Position numbers and translations under genes: made by a program
DNA from: Flaccisagitta enflata
Lineage: Eukaryota
Assembly: GCA_965153355.1 (NCBI GenBank)
Contig: OZ231126.1
Coordinates: forward strand, 30,814,001 to 30,878,000
Reading direction: 5' to 3'
DNA length: 64,000 nt
Notes under the pieces: model-generated
The model's database searches: none
What the model was told of the DNA's origin: nothing
Seen by the model: only the letters and a program-made list of their open reading frames with translations
Part shown: positions 11,694-25,926 of the stretch, piece after piece
Numbering within the stretch: the stretch's first letter is position 1
How the letters are laid out: each line of letters starts with the position of its first letter

Positions 11694-12936
11694 CTGATGT
11701 CAATTTTGATAAGCTATGTAGCAAGAAACAGGCTAAAATCAATTCATTGTTTATGTCACACTTATGAAAAGTGCAACAAAAAGTAACTTACAAAAAAATC
11801 TTGATAAAACCAGTTTTTTACAAATAGACTGAACTTATAATTTTTGAAAAAACCTTCAAAAGATACTCATTCCTGTATAGTATATGCTTCCACTCATATA
11901 CTCACTAATCCACTTTTAGGTACGACCTAATTTTATTGGTTAAGAAAATCAAAACCTATGGATAAGTAATTTTTATGCAGAAAATAAGTCTTTTGTCTTA
12001 ACTTATTGAAAAAAGATAAAGAATATTTCCATTCATGGTATTAGGTTAAGGGAAAAAGTTAGCGCTGACTTCTGGCATTGACCGGGATAGTCAATTGTCA
12101 AGTGTGACGGACAGACCGACGGACGGACCGACAAAGCGGGGTGTAGAGTCGCGTGGCACGCGACTAAAAATGATTTGTCTAATTTTGACATGTAGCAGTA
12201 TATTATACTTTAAATGACATTATCATTGAAATTTCCTTTTTTTTCCTTATTTAGTACAGACATAAACTAAGGTACACGCCAAATTTGAGACCTTAATATC
12301 AATTCGGGCTGAAGAGAGTGTCCTAATGTGTTATCACCCTGTTACACTTATGTTACTCTGATTATACTAGAAATTAACATAGTTTTACATATCTTAAAAC
12401 TTAAAAAAAATTTTGAAATGATCCAAAAGAGTATCAAATTCTGAGCATAGGGCTTGAATTTTAAGCTAGTTGATGCAACCATTATCAAATTATCATATTT
12501 TTATCAATATTAACGCATTCAGGCACCTAATTTCAACCAGTCCTGTTTAACGTGGAAACTGCCTAAATATCTTATGACCTTCAAAAACGATAGTTAAAAT
12601 GGTAGCAAACAAGTTCAAAAACATGACAAATCTAGTCACCACTGATTTTCAAAATAAGAAGAGGGGAAACTGGAAATTAGCCAGAAAAGCAAGTATTTTT
12701 TAGAAAATAGTTAGAATAAGCTAGAAATTAGCTAGAATCAGCTAGAAATGACTAGATAAGCTAGATTTTTTCAAAAAATTGCTAGAATTAGCTAGAAATA
12801 GCTAGATTACGCTGCTGGGTGATTCTCAATAAATCGCCAGTTTATTAACTAGATCCCCAAGTTCTGTAGCTATGACCTGTAATTAGCTAGAAATCGCAAT
12901 AAAATCGCTAATCTCTCACAAGAGATGCTTCCAAGA

Positions 12937-13264
12937 TAGCCTAACAACAATTAATGCGATGTCATAGAAAAGTTCTCTACCAAAGGGACACGGCCCAAAA
13001 TCATGTTTACAGAGGGTTCATGAAAGAAATTTAGCCCCAGAACCCCTATAAATTGGCGCCGCCACCCACCCCCTTTCCCATGGTAAAACATAGGCAAAAA
13101 TCTTTCCTATGCATTTTCTATGGGATATGAGGGGTGTGGCGGCGGCAATTTTTAGAGGTCCCAGGACCAAATTTTTGTTGTGGTTTATCTGTATACATGA
13201 TTTTGAGTCATATCCCTCTGATAGAGAACTTTCCTATGACTCAACATGAATTCTTGTTATGCTA
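12937..13264. mobile_element. 328-bp palindromic MITE with 8-bp TSD (hAT-like) in the RPS25 intron
   Basis: TSD TTCCAAGA at 12929-12936 and 13265-13272; TAGC..GCTA ends; the two halves are inverted copies. Confidence 0.85.
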
Positions 13265-13503
13265 TTCCAAGATGGCGTGACTAACTGAGACTGACAGCGT
13301 CTCTTCAATCACTTCATTAGCGTACGTCTGAAAGATGAACTGCAAGATATGATTCTTTTTTTTTTTTATCTCAATTTATGCATTTTCTTGAGAATCAAAT
13401 TTCTCTAAACTACTGACAATCAGGATAGCAATTCACGATACGGTTTGGACCAGTGAATAAAATAAAATAAAATAAAATAAAAGCTGCGGTCCGATCAAAT
13501 CTA

Positions 13504-14083
13504 CTATCTAGGCGGAAAAAATCTTTCGGCACATTTACATGCATATCTCAGGTTAGAATCAAGTAATCATCAAAAAATCGGTGACATAATTAAAGCTCTT
13601 CAAATTTGCAAGAGATTGACGCAAACCGCTCTTTCTGTTCAAAAGTTATCTAACTTTGATTGAAATACTTCAATTTCGCTCTAGCCATTTTACTCAATCT
13701 TCTGATGGTATCACTTTACTCTTTTTTCAATTACTTCTAAACGCGTTGAGCTAGACAGATGCGGTTTGCGTTGCCTGCTTGCAAATTCGAAGGGCTTCAT
13801 TTATGTCACCGATTTTTCTATGATTTGATGAGTCTTGTGGAAGCTATAAGTCTAAATATAGCAAAAGAAGAGATAAAGATAAATTGCGAGAAAGATCCAG
13901 AAAGCCTTTACTCCAGAGTGCCTCAAGAAGCTCTACAAATCGCTTCCCCAACTAAGGACGGCCCTTATTCAGTCAAAGGGAGCTCTCACTAACTATTGAT
14001 GGATTTGTAACTGATTTATATTCATTTTTACATCGATGATTACATTTCTGTTGCAGGTCGAAAGATTTTTTCCGCCTAGATAG
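13504..14083. mobile_element. 580-bp TA-TSD MITE
   Basis: TA|CTATCTAGGCGGAAAAAATCTTTCG...CGAAAGATTTTTTCCGCCTAGATAG|TA. Confidence 0.9.
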
Positions 14084-14588
14084 TAAGAGGTTGAGGGAAC
14101 AATGGATTAATAATCAATAGTAGTCCTCAGTCAGCAAGTCGGTACTGAAGTCGCAACCATGTTAGGCTCAAGTTGGATGCAACAAACGAAATGACTAGAA
14201 ATCAAAAAAGACACGGAAATAAATAGTATACTCAGTCACCAGTGAGGCATTTAGATAATCTCCAAAACGAGAATAAATAGCTATTCTAAATTCAGCTGGA
14301 GGCGACAATCAAAACGACCAGGAATCTAAAACCCGCACGGAAAGAAATAGTACAGCCGCTCAGGTAATATTGAGTCATTTAAATGATTAGCAAAACGAGG
14401 ATTAATAGCCATTCTAAATTCATCCAATAAAGGAATCAACCATCATGGGTCCAGGCCCTTGAAACAGAAAAAGAACGCGGGAATAAATAGTTAAGTCAGT
14501 CAGTTGTCAGTGAGTCATTTAAATGAACAACAGAAGAACGCGGGAATGAATAGTCAGGTCAGTCATTTGTCAGTGAGTCATCTGAATA

Positions 14589-15191
14589 ACCATAGCACAA
14601 AAAAAAAAACGGAACAAAATGTTTTGTTAAAGATTCAGATTCATCCAATGAGAAAAACATAGCAAAATCCATGACCATTTGAAAGCTCTGCAAAAGATCT
14701 TCAAAATGAGTCCATGCTGGTTGTTCTGTCTTCATTCATTAAGAATTTACATAACAATAAAAAAGAGGTGGTCATGAATGTAAAAGTTGAAGTCATAGAA
14801 GTTGTTTCTCTTTGTTATTTCATAAAAAAGAGGTAAAGAATGATAATTTGAACTTTTTTTCACAGTTGATTTTAAAGATTTTTTTAATTTTCTTTCATTC
14901 TAGACCAATCCCAGATCTGTATCTCAAACCGTTTAAAAGTTATGGCTTGTCAAAGTGATCTGCTTCATTTTCAAAACCTTTATATTCAATCTGACCGCAA
15001 ATTGAAAAGGGCAAAGTTTTCATTCATTCTTATGCCATTTCTAAACGGTTAAAGCTAGGATGACCAGCAACGTCGCATTTGAAAGATCTTTTGCAGAGCT
15101 TTCAAACGGTCATGAATTTTCTATAGTTAATAGTCTTCAATTAAGCAAAAATCATCAAAACAAGTTGTTCCGTTTTTTTTTGTGCTATGGT
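14589..15191. mobile_element. About 600-bp MITE
   Basis: TA|ACCATAGCAC(A)nCGGAACAA...TTGTTCCG(T)nGTGCTATGGT|TA, with a further internal IR (GACCATTTGAAAGCTCTGCAAAAGATCTTTCAAA). Confidence 0.85.
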
Positions 15192-15537
15192 TAAACAACA
15201 AAACGATGATAAGTAACTTGTCTATATTTGTCCACTGAAGGCATGAACCATTATGGGATAAACCCCCGAAACTGGAAAGCAAACATCTGGTAAGAGTAAA
15301 ATCTGGAAGAAACAACACAAGAGAGAAGTTACGCTTAAATAGTAACGATAAGTGGAGAAATCATGAGCATCTCCGTATCTGTGTCGGTAGACAGAGGTGG
15401 GACTTAATACGTGTAAAACTGAAGAAGGAAGCCACAGTGGCGATCGCACTAACCCCCGACAGCCGCAGGGACCCCCAAAGGCAGGACCACCCACACTCAA
15501 AAAGCCCAAACATCAGGGGGCTAAGAGGCCCCCAGAG

Positions 15538-16387
15538 CTCTGGTGGGAACTCCGGCTTTCAAAAAATCGCTATTAAGGCTTCCAAAAATCGCTAGAATTC
15601 GCTAGATGATTTTTTTGAATAGTTATAATATTAGCTATATGTTTATATATGTAATAATATAATTTAAAACCAATAAATGAACCAACACTGGTCTAAATAT
15701 TAGTCAAAGAGAAGATGAGACTTTTGAAAATAATATGTATTTACCACCGCTATTATCTTTATTTCTAAGAGACTTCAACTGGGAACTGAAACTAAAAGGG
15801 GTTTGGGGCATAGAGATACTTGTGGGGATTTGAAACAATCGGTAAAAGGAGTCCCTTTAAAGAAAACTGACGAAAATGTCATAATTCACAATTAGTTAAC
15901 TCTAAAGTCTGAAACAAATAAAGGTGCATATGTATGGAGTATCATACATGTTACTGAAGAAATTTAGCCTGTTGTAACCACTGATGTCATTAAATAGCTT
16001 GTGACCCAGAAAAAAGATAGTAAAAAATGAGCAGGAAAACACCAAAATGCTAAGAAATGATTAGAATCAGGTTAAAAACATAACAAGTCTAGATATCATA
16101 TAGCTTACTTTCAATTGAAGTTCAAGATGAAAAGATATGGAAATCAGTAAAAATTTACTAGGAATGCAATTATTTTCTAGAAAATAGATGAAATTAACAA
16201 GAAATAGCTAGATTAGCTAGATTTTTAAAAAAATCGCTAGAATTAGCTAGGTTCGCTAGGTATCTCATAGAAAATTACTAGATAATTCGCTAGTCGCTCT
16301 AGAAATGGCAAAAAGTTGTCGCCAAGAGGCCCTAAAATACGCTAAAAATAGCAATAAAATCGCTAGTTATTCGGCATAGCCCCAGAG
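15538..16387 (+). repeat. Dispersed repeat with GCTAG-rich subterminal arrays; related copies about 23111-24780 and 12570-12910
   Basis: Shared CTCTGGTGGGAACTCC start at 15538 and 23111; many AATCGCTAG/TAGCTAG motifs; TSD not resolved. Confidence 0.6.
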
Positions 16388-16769
16388 TCACGCGTAAGGC
16401 AGGGCCGTCATGTAATGTTGACTTAAAACCGCCGATATAACTCCACAACAAATCGTCATGTTTTCTTTTTATTGAACCCTTCGAACAAAACTGCTAGATA
16501 TTTGAAAGAAAACAGATTCTAGAATAGAATCATTCATACTCGCTTATTTTCGTTGTCATGAGGCTTTTTATAGTCATTAGTTAAAATTATGACCCGACGA
16601 TGGGAAAACACTTTTATTTGTAAAAGACTGTTCGTTGGTTTGCATGAAATTAAAAAACTGCATTATGCAAATGAGGAAAAGATTCACTGATTACAGGTCG
16701 TATAGATCACCTGCGCAGATTTCATCAAACTTACAAATTGGCCGTCTGTCTGTTTTTCTGTCTCTCTTC

Positions 16770-16840
<71 letters not shown>

Positions 16841-17044
16841 TCACTCCTGTGTCCCCCGGGGCCAGCCATATCAGCCGCACTCCGGCGCTCATCTGCTGCG
16901 TAGCATTGCTACCGTGCTACACAAAATCGGCACCTCTAATCATCAACAACAACAATAAAAGCAACAACAACAACAACAACAACAACTGTTTAAAAAATCA
17001 ACAACAACAACAACAACAACAGCAACAACAACAACAACAACAGC

Positions 17045-17186
<142 letters not shown>

Positions 17187-17252
17187 CTGTATTTCTTGAT
17201 CCCTCAATCTGCCATGTACCTTTTTTTACTTTTTTACCAAACCCTTGAACAG

Positions 17253-17446
17253 TTCCCTCGTACAAGTTGATCACTCCTTCCGTCGTCTCTGAGAGATTGA
17301 AGATCCGCGGAAGTTTGGCGCGTTTCGCTTTGAAGGAGTTGGAGTCTCAAGGACTGATCAAACGCGTGGTCACACATCACGCGCAAATCATCTACACGCG
17401 CAACACCAAACCCGGGGAAGTTGTAGAGGAAATTAAAGAGGATTAA
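17253..17446 (+). CDS. RPS25: 40S ribosomal protein S25, coding exon 2 (missed by the ORF track)
   Basis: Acceptor [61 protein letters not shown]...ED*. Spliced CDS is 378 nt (125 aa). AATAAA at 17728. Confidence 0.97.
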
Positions 17447-17859
17447 GATAAAACTGTTTTTGAAGAAGTTTGAGAAGAGACATTTTGTTTTTAGGTAAAG
17501 TCTAACAATGACTTGTGCCTATCATTTTCTCTCTCTCTTTCTTCCTCTGTCTTGTTTCTGCCCAACTTGCCTTTATAACCTTGGAGTGCAATTTCATTTG
17601 ACCTTTTGTTTATATCTTTAATCATATATGACGCACTGAAAATTACCATAGAATTTGCTACCCGAGCCAGATAAGTCGTGAAATTTATAAAATGAAATTT
17701 AATGAAAATTTTTGTTTTAATATTTTCAATAAAACTACCAACAACCATATTTTGCATGAATTGACTTGCATATACCAGTTTTAAATTTCAATCCTTTATT
17801 TAACAGCTGAAAAAATATGCCAAATTCAACAAAAAACTCATTTTGTCAAGGGACTATGG

Positions 17860-18007
17860 CTCATTGAAAATTTTAAATTTGCATAGAAAATCAAAATATC
17901 AAGAAAACAAAAACATAGCGCGATTCCTAAAAGATCAACTGAGGGCGCTATGTTCTTATTTTAATGATATTTGGATTTTTTATGCAAATTTAAAATTTTC
18001 AGTGAGC
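17860..18007. repeat. About 150-bp imperfect palindrome (MITE core)
   Basis: GCTCATTGAAAATTTTAAATTTGCATA...TATGCAAATTTAAAATTTTCAGTGAGC. Confidence 0.75.
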
Positions 18008-18709
18008 AGTTACTGAAATGATTGTCACTATTTTATTCACTTTTTAGTCTCATCAGAATTGAATATTTTTCAATCTTTTTGCATTTTTGTCCTTTGCCGG
18101 TGACAGATGAGTTTCCTCATGTAAGTTTACAATTTAAAGTACAAAGAAATAAACACAAGCATTGACCTAAGCAAAAATAGTAACATGAATAGTAACTTAG
18201 TTCTCTGGGTAAATTCCTCTTACTTAAATTTCAGTGCGTCATATATAAATTCATCATGGCGGATTTTTGAAGAAAAAAAAACCAAACGAATGAAAATACC
18301 ACTCACGTCATCTCGAGTCATCTCGCGTCGTTATCCAACAAACAAAAAATCCAATTATTTATTTACCATCTATCATGACCTATTTATTACATTCATTCAT
18401 CATCTTCGCGAGAAAATATCTAATTTGCAAGCCTTTTTCTTCGTTTTGCCGACTTGATGAAATTATCATTTACGTAATTTAAGAGATTATCATTTAAAAT
18501 TTTTCGATTTAAATTTTTCTTGGTCTCAATTGAACTGTTGAACTGTTTACTTGGCTTCAGAATAAAAGGGGTTGGTTGATTTAGAAATTGTTTGGTGCTT
18601 TATTGACAAGAAAAAGGAAACTGCGGAAAAAAAAACTAGAAAAAAGAACAATTCATATCAAACAACCGAAACATAACAAAAGCCAAAGTAACGAAAAAAA
18701 TTGATAAAG

Positions 18710-18928
18710 ATGGCTGAAGGTGGCGCAACCAAAGCGACTTTGTCCGAGGCGATGAAACAGAAACAAGAGGCGCTTAACGAATCCGAGGCCGAAACAAAAG
18801 AACAAATGGAATTGAAACAAAAACAAATGGCGTCGATTTCCAAAGTTGAAAATGACATCGATGATCTCTTGGCTTTCGCCAAAAAAGCCATGAACAGAAA
18901 GCCTGCGGAAGATACTCAACAACCATGA
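18710..18928 (+). CDS. Putative 72-aa helical protein, paralogue of 9906-10142
   Basis: Strong start context AAAGATGG; E/K/Q/A-rich ORF standing out from the AT-rich flanks; upstream acceptor-like TTGGCTTCAG at 18551-18560. Confidence 0.7.
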   Translation: MAEGGATKATLSEAMKQKQEALNESEAETKEQMELKQKQMASISKVENDIDDLLAFAKKAMNRKPAEDTQQP

Positions 18929-19411
18929 TGTGAAATTTGCTTTGTGTTTTCCTTTTACATAGTTAAAGTTTAATTTATTGCTGATCCAATTTTGCATTTT
19001 CTGAGATGTGTCCTCGCATGTCCATTCATTAGTCTGTTGCTCGGTCTATTTGACCATCAGTCACGTGATTCAAATTTTGCGCATCACCACAATACGACAA
19101 AATCTTTAACGATCTTCAATATTTGTCGCGCATTTCCACCTTCTGAATTCTTGAATAAAAGAAATTGATGGTTGAAGTTGACTATTTTTGAATGGAACTT
19201 TTAGGAGACAGAGACAAGTAAAGGAGAGTAACAAATAGATAATGATAATGAAAAAGAGGCAGACGGTAGACATCCAAACAGTTTGCGTGCGAAACAACAG
19301 TAAGATTCTTTAACAATAATTCTGTTTTCATTGTTACAGAAGATAAACATGAGAAGGTTTATAATCATACCCAGCAGATTAGAAGAAAATAAAAAGAGAG
19401 TAACAAAGAAA

Positions 19412-19882
19412 ACAAGGCCGTATACACGGGCCAAGACGGTGCGCCAGGCGTTATTAATTCTTTGACCTATCTCTAGCTCCATCAGACCTATCCCTAGCTC
19501 TATCCGACCTATCCCTAGCTCTATCAGACCTGTCCTGAGCTCTATCAGGCCTATCCCGAGCTCTATCAGACCTATCCCGAACTCTATGAGACCTATCCCG
19601 AGCTCTATCAGACATTTCACCATCTCTATCAGACCTATCCCCAGCACTATCAGACCTATCTCCAGACTTATTCGACCTATCACCAGACCTATCTGACCTA
19701 TCCCCAGCTTTATCAGACCTAACCGTAGCTTTATAGTTTAGTGAATGAAATGACGAGTATCATCAATGATGGACAAAATGAGTTTTCAATCTATTTCAAA
19801 CATTTTTAGCGATTTTTCATTTGAGCGTAACCGATGGATGGATGGACGGACAGAGCTTCTTATAGAGGTGCTATGGCGCATC
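19412..19882 (-). mobile_element. HINE-like element carrying a 21-bp minisatellite (CTCTATCAGACCTATCCCGAG, about 12 copies)
   Basis: AACAAGGCCGTATACAC end, tandem units 19465-19730, TATAGAGGTGCTATGGCGCA other end. Confidence 0.7.
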
Positions 19883-21028
19883 AGGGAATCATCTTGGCAC
19901 ACAGGGTTTATCCTGCCAAATTAGATATAAGAAAAGGTGGCATTCTGCTTCTAAAAGTGCAAAAATAATTTTGAAAAAGGATTCAAAGAACACATGAGCT
20001 CCATTTTTTTGTGTAAAAATTTTATGGGTCTGGGTCAAATATTGTTGCCACAATATCAATTTGAAATAAATTGAGCATTTAGAGGAGAAGCACTTTGAAC
20101 ATGATTTTGATTCTGAAAGTTTTTTTTTGAATGGCTTTCATTTCTAAACGACTTAAGTTACAGATGCCAGATTGGTCCCAAATTAAAGCTTATCAAATTT
20201 TCTTTAATTTGAGACCAATCTGGCAAATGTGGCCTCAAGCCGTTTAGAAATGAGAGCAATTCAAAGAAAAGCTTTCAGCATCACCTATACTCTTTTTTAT
20301 ACGCCACCTCTACCGGAAGTGGCAGATGAGACGCAAAAACGTATTTGGCGCTAAAATGAGTTTCCCATTGGCGTTTTTCAGGTTTTTCACTTGGCAATGA
20401 AGGAGTAGTAAGATTTAGGGTATTCATAGTGGATTTTCTGTGATCATTTTGAAAATTTAGTTAAAATTTCCTTAATTTTTTTGCTAGCATCAAAAAATTA
20501 TTTTCATTTCTTACTTCTTTTTTTTTCTTGTTATTTCTATCAGTTTTTATATTTCATGATTCACTTTTCACTTTTCACTTTTCACTTTTCACTTTTCACT
20601 TTTCACTTTTCACTTTTCACTTTTCTCTTTTCACTACACTTTTCTCTTTTCACTTTTCATTTTATTTTCACCTTTTTTTTTACTTTTCATTTTTCTTTTT
20701 TTTTTATTTCTTATTTTTCATTTTTATATTGCATTCATTATTTTTTACTGATTTTTTTTTCAATATACCATACTTTTAATAATTCTGTTGTCACTTTTAT
20801 CATTTTTTTAACTTATATTTTGTCAATCAAATTCATTATAATTATCTCATTTCATTATATTTCATAGTTATTCATATTTAACAAGTTGATTTATTTTGAT
20901 AAAACAGAAAATGAAATAAAAAAGATGATCGATGATTCTCCCTCATGCTTATATCAAGATTGTATCATCCCAAAAGAAATGCTGAAATGAGTCCAGAATC
21001 AAGTTCTTCTTGTCTATGTCTGTTTGTG

Positions 21029-21124
<96 letters not shown>

Positions 21125-21225
21125 TGACTTTGCACCTGCAATAATGCCATTTCCGATTTTTGTGGACCATGTGATTTGGTTAGATCGATCATCTGGTTAT
21201 ATGAAGTGAAGACCAAATCGATCGT

Positions 21226-21289
<64 letters not shown>

Positions 21290-21406
21290 CAACAAGGAAA
21301 GAATATCACAGGACCCATAGATGAGACTGAGTGAAAAGAAAAACTCAAATGGCCAATCATTTTTTCATGAATTGTCCTTTATTCTGTTCAAGTCGATCTT
21401 GGTCTG

Positions 21407-21503
<97 letters not shown>

Positions 21504-22088
21504 GTAACAAAACGGAGATAGCATGACGATGGCCATGCTCTCAATAATCCTAATCCATAACTAGAAAATATTAACAAAACTTCTATTTTCTTTTATAATA
21601 TGGACAAAAAGCAAATGAGAACATTTTAATGAAAAAACACCACCATGCTTTGCTTAAGTATTCTCCTAAAGAGTCAACGATCACATCAAACACTTTTCTT
21701 TTTTCTTAAGAATAGTATAAGCGTTTTTTAGGCTAAAAAATTATAAACCTACTCCAAATCTAAATTATACTTCCATATATACCACTACTTCCTTGAAACT
21801 CCAAACTACCACACATGAAATTTTCTCCTTAAATCAGTTCATTTCAAATCTATTCCAAATATTCCAGCTCAAATAACACAAATTACACAAAAAACCGGAG
21901 CTTATCTGCTCTTGAATCTTTTTCCAGACAAGAAGAATAATGCGTAATTGCATCTGATAATATATGAATCATTTCCAGTGATTTGCTTCTTTTCGAGATT
22001 TTCAACTTGAGCGTTACAGACCGACCAACCGACCGACCGACAGACAGCCTCGTATAGAGGTTCTATGGCGCACCTAAAAAGGAAGAAA

Positions 22089-22174
<86 letters not shown>

Positions 22175-22490
22175 AAAAATGAAAGAAAGAACGCCCTGAA
22201 AAGTAAGGTTGCAGATGGTTGGGCAGGGGCAGCAATGTAAAATCCTCTCACAATCCAAAAATGTGAGGGATGGATGGACGAACTACCCGACACGGCAATG
22301 TGTAAACCAAATCTGAATTTTCAAAAAAATCCTAACAAAAACTCAACGGGTTACTGCAATTAGCAAACTAGGGTCGTAGTCACTAATAAACTATGTGTTC
22401 AGGTCGCCTCAAGACACTTCCAATCCAAGATACCAGTTCGCCACTTGGCAGTAACTTGGTCTCCCAGCCTGAAATTTCGGCAGAGAAGTA

Positions 22491-23099
22491 CTATCTTCGC
22501 CAAAAGAAACGCGACACCCTGGGAATGTTATGGTTTCATTGACTATTATCTGACAAAATTTGGTGACTGAGAGAGATTCTAAGTCAAGTGAGTTTTTTTC
22601 ATATGAAACAAACCAGGCTGTGAATCAAAAAATCAATTTCTTACCATTTCTTCATTACTAGATATGACAACCTTTTCTCATTTGTCCACAGTTTTTGCAA
22701 GCCTATTTATTTATAAAGCAGGTCTACTCTTTTGCTTGCCATTTTTAAAGGGTTTGAGCTACAGAGCCCAGATTACGCTCATCTTTTAGATTTTTCGATG
22801 TAGATTAATTTGCTTTTTTAAAAAAAATATCTAGCTTTTCCAGAAGCTGAGATAACCAAAGTTAAACTTACATCAAATTTTCTATTCTTTTTTTTCACGA
22901 TTTTTTCTTAATTCTGAAAATAACTACTTCTTTTCTTCTGCTTGCCATTTCTAATCGCTTTAAGATACAGTTGCCATATTGGACTCATTTTGTAGATCTT
23001 TTGGAGTGAAATAATTTGTTTTTTTTTTTAAGTTTCTGAAATCTCTAGAAGCAAAGATATTCAAGGTAAAAGGTGTCGCGTTTCTTTTGGCGAAGATAG
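22491..23099. mobile_element. 609-bp TA-TSD MITE
   Basis: TA|CTATCTTCGCCAAAAGAAACGCGACACC...GGTGTCGCGTTTCTTTTGGCGAAGATAG|TA. Confidence 0.9.
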
Positions 23100-24157
23100 T
23101 AAGACACGATCTCTGGTGGGAACTCCAGCTTATATAAATCCGCTAGTTGGGGCCCCAAAAATCGCTAGAATTCGCTAGATTATTTTTTTCTGTAGCTAGA
23201 AAATTCGCTAGATTTGTATGTAAGAAAGTTGGACAACATTACCACTCAACATTATCTAGTATAAGGACAATAGCCTCTGGAGCTCCAACTGGTGTTCAAT
23301 CCGGACCCATCACAACTATCCTTAAAGTTTCTGAAAAAATATTCCCTCTTCAGAAATTATCACAAGACTGGCCAAAAGTTATGCAACTATTAGAAAAGGG
23401 TCATCAATTTCTGTCTATACATGAGATATGCAGAATACAAGAAAATACTTGATAAATATGGCGGTGCGAAGGAGACCATATCCATCTATTCCTCATATAC
23501 CAAAAATAGCAAGAAACTGTAACTCTCCTCTTCCTGAAACAACCCTCTCGAAAAATCTCATGTCAACCCCAAAATCTCATATATCTAAATTTTCTGTACA
23601 TAGTATTTCATTCCAATTGTTAAAAATGACAAATCACCTGAGGATGAATTAGTTATCAAAAGATAAGCTAATTACCTGAGGCAATGTTGTAAAAAACTAA
23701 ACCCTTAGAGGCTAGAATCGAGGATCAACCTAACGGGACCGCCGGCATTCCAAACCAAAGTACTGAATGATATGAAAGTTGGGCAACATATGTAATAAGG
23801 TCATGAAAAAATCAATAAACATACCATTACTTGTCTATTTATAGGCGGAAGAGAAGATAGGGCTTTAGAAAATATTATTTGTTGACCATTGTTATCCCAT
23901 TTATTTCTTAGAGACTTAAACTTAGCGCATAGGGGTTAGGTATTGGGGATTTGAAACGTTAAGTAATTAAAGTTTCTTTTAATGGACAGCGACAAAAATG
24001 CCATGATCAGTTTTATTTGGTTTACTCTGAAATAAAGAAAGTCATATGTATCTATCGCTACATATGCCACTGAAGATAACTAGGAGTCGATTGTCAAAAA
24101 AATCATTAGTTTCCTGTTAATAAATGTGTTGTATGAGTCATATAGAATAGAACGCAA

Positions 24158-24366
24158 ACAAGTGACGCGGGGTCACAATATCGTTGCGGATGGGTAGGCA
24201 GGGGCATCCAACCCCCATTTGGACCCAACGCACCCCCCAACCGCACACAAGCGTCAAAAGCGTTCACTTTCCTACTTTTCAACTCGTGCTCACAGACGGA
24301 TGGATCAATGAATGGACCAACGGACGGACAAAGCCTCTTATAAAGTTGTGTGTCCGCAACTAAAAA
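24158..24366 (-). mobile_element. HINE-like element (variant also at 36388-36593 and 38379-38610)
   Basis: AACAAGTGACGCGGGGTCACAA...GTTGTGTGTCCGCAACTAAAAA. Confidence 0.7.
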
Positions 24367-25193
24367 CCGTTTCACTATTGCTCATTCTGATCGTTTTTGA
24401 CAAAGTTTGTGTTGAAATCCGGAATCATAGGGCCTTTCTCGACCACCAGTCATTAACTAGCAAAGATGTGTAGCTTAAAGTCAAAATGGTAACAAACAGG
24501 TTCAAAAAATTCACAATCTGGTCATCACACAGTTGATTTGCAACTGAAGTACAGAGTAGAAAAGAGGAGAAATGGTAATATTTAGTTAGAAAAACGAGTA
24601 TTTTTTTAGAAAAAAGCTGAAATTAGCTCGCAATAGCTAGAATTTACTAGAAATAGCTAAATACGCTAGATGTCGCAAAGAAAATCGCTAGATACTTCGC
24701 CAATCGCCAGATGGCAAAAAGTTGTCACTAGGAAGCCCCAATATTCGCTAGAAAAAGCGATATAATCGCTAGTGTCGCGGCAAAGGACACAATCTCTTAC
24801 ACTTTGATATTTTTCAAGTCATTGTTCATCCATATGAATCTGATTTGCGGTAAGCTACATAGAACACAAAACAATATTGATCATTTCGAAACGTCTAGAG
24901 GGTTTTCTTTATTCATCTATATAGAACAGAAAATAAGTTTAAGTTATGATTTCAACTCAAATTGACTGAATAACAAATTATCGAAATTACAACGGAGCTG
25001 TCGTCATAGAACTGCAATATGCAAATGCTATCTTGACTTCAATAGTTCTTCCTATGTCTTTCCTTCTTTTCCTCCTTCCCTCTTATTCTTGATTTATCAA
25101 TTTTATGCTTAAGTCAAACATTATTTAGCCTATTACCAAAACATTGGTTGAATTGTTTTCAAGCTAAAAAGCTTTCAAACGATCCAATTTGGC

Positions 25194-25279
<86 letters not shown>

Positions 25280-25349
25280 GGTGTGAGTGTTGGTGTGAGT
25301 GTGTATGTGTGTGTGTCTTTTTTTGTGTATAGTCAAAACCGTAGATATA

Positions 25350-25926
25350 CAGTAGATGTCATCTAGATTTGGAAATACGGGGGAATTCATTACAGGAAAA
25401 CAAACTTAAGAAACTGATATCTGGAATATAAACTAATAGAAGGATGCTTCATTGCCTATGGGTGTTGGTTGCTATGGAAACACATTTCCATATATTCATG
25501 CCCAAGCATCAATATTTTGAGAAATTTTTTGAGGGAACATTGTTTAAAATAAAATTTGCTACAACTTTCCCAAAATATGTTTTGTAAGAATATCGCTCGT
25601 TTGGCGGTTGCTTAGGAGCATCACAGAGTTGTCACACATAGTTACACTCCCTAGAAACGGCTTAACAAGCAATATTCTTACAGAACATAAAGAGTGAAAG
25701 TTGTAGCAAATTATCAAATTATATTTTTAACAATGTTCCCTCAAAAAATTTCTCAAAATGTTTATACTTTAGCGTGAATTTGTAGAAATGTGTTCCATGG
25801 CAACCAACACCAATGGGCAATAAAGCATCTTTTTATTAGTCTATATTCTAAATATCAGTGTCTTAAGTTTATTTGTCTTTCTGTAATGAATTCCCCCGTA
25901 TTTCCAAGTCTAAACAACATCTTCTG
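25350..25926. mobile_element. 577-bp palindromic TA-TSD MITE
   Basis: TA|CAGTAGATG...CATCTTCTG|TA; halves inverted along most of the length (GGAAATACGGGGGAATTCATTACAG / CTGTAATGAATTCCCCCGTATTTCC). Confidence 0.88.

Noticed and set aside
16699-16716. Antisense intronic peptide AQVIYT resembling RPS25 exon 2 (AQIIYT)
   Set aside because: Only 6 codons (14/18 nt) with no flanking similarity; compatible with chance.
19201-19683. 160-aa LGIGLIE-repeat ORF
   Set aside because: Product of a 21-bp minisatellite inside a HINE-like element.
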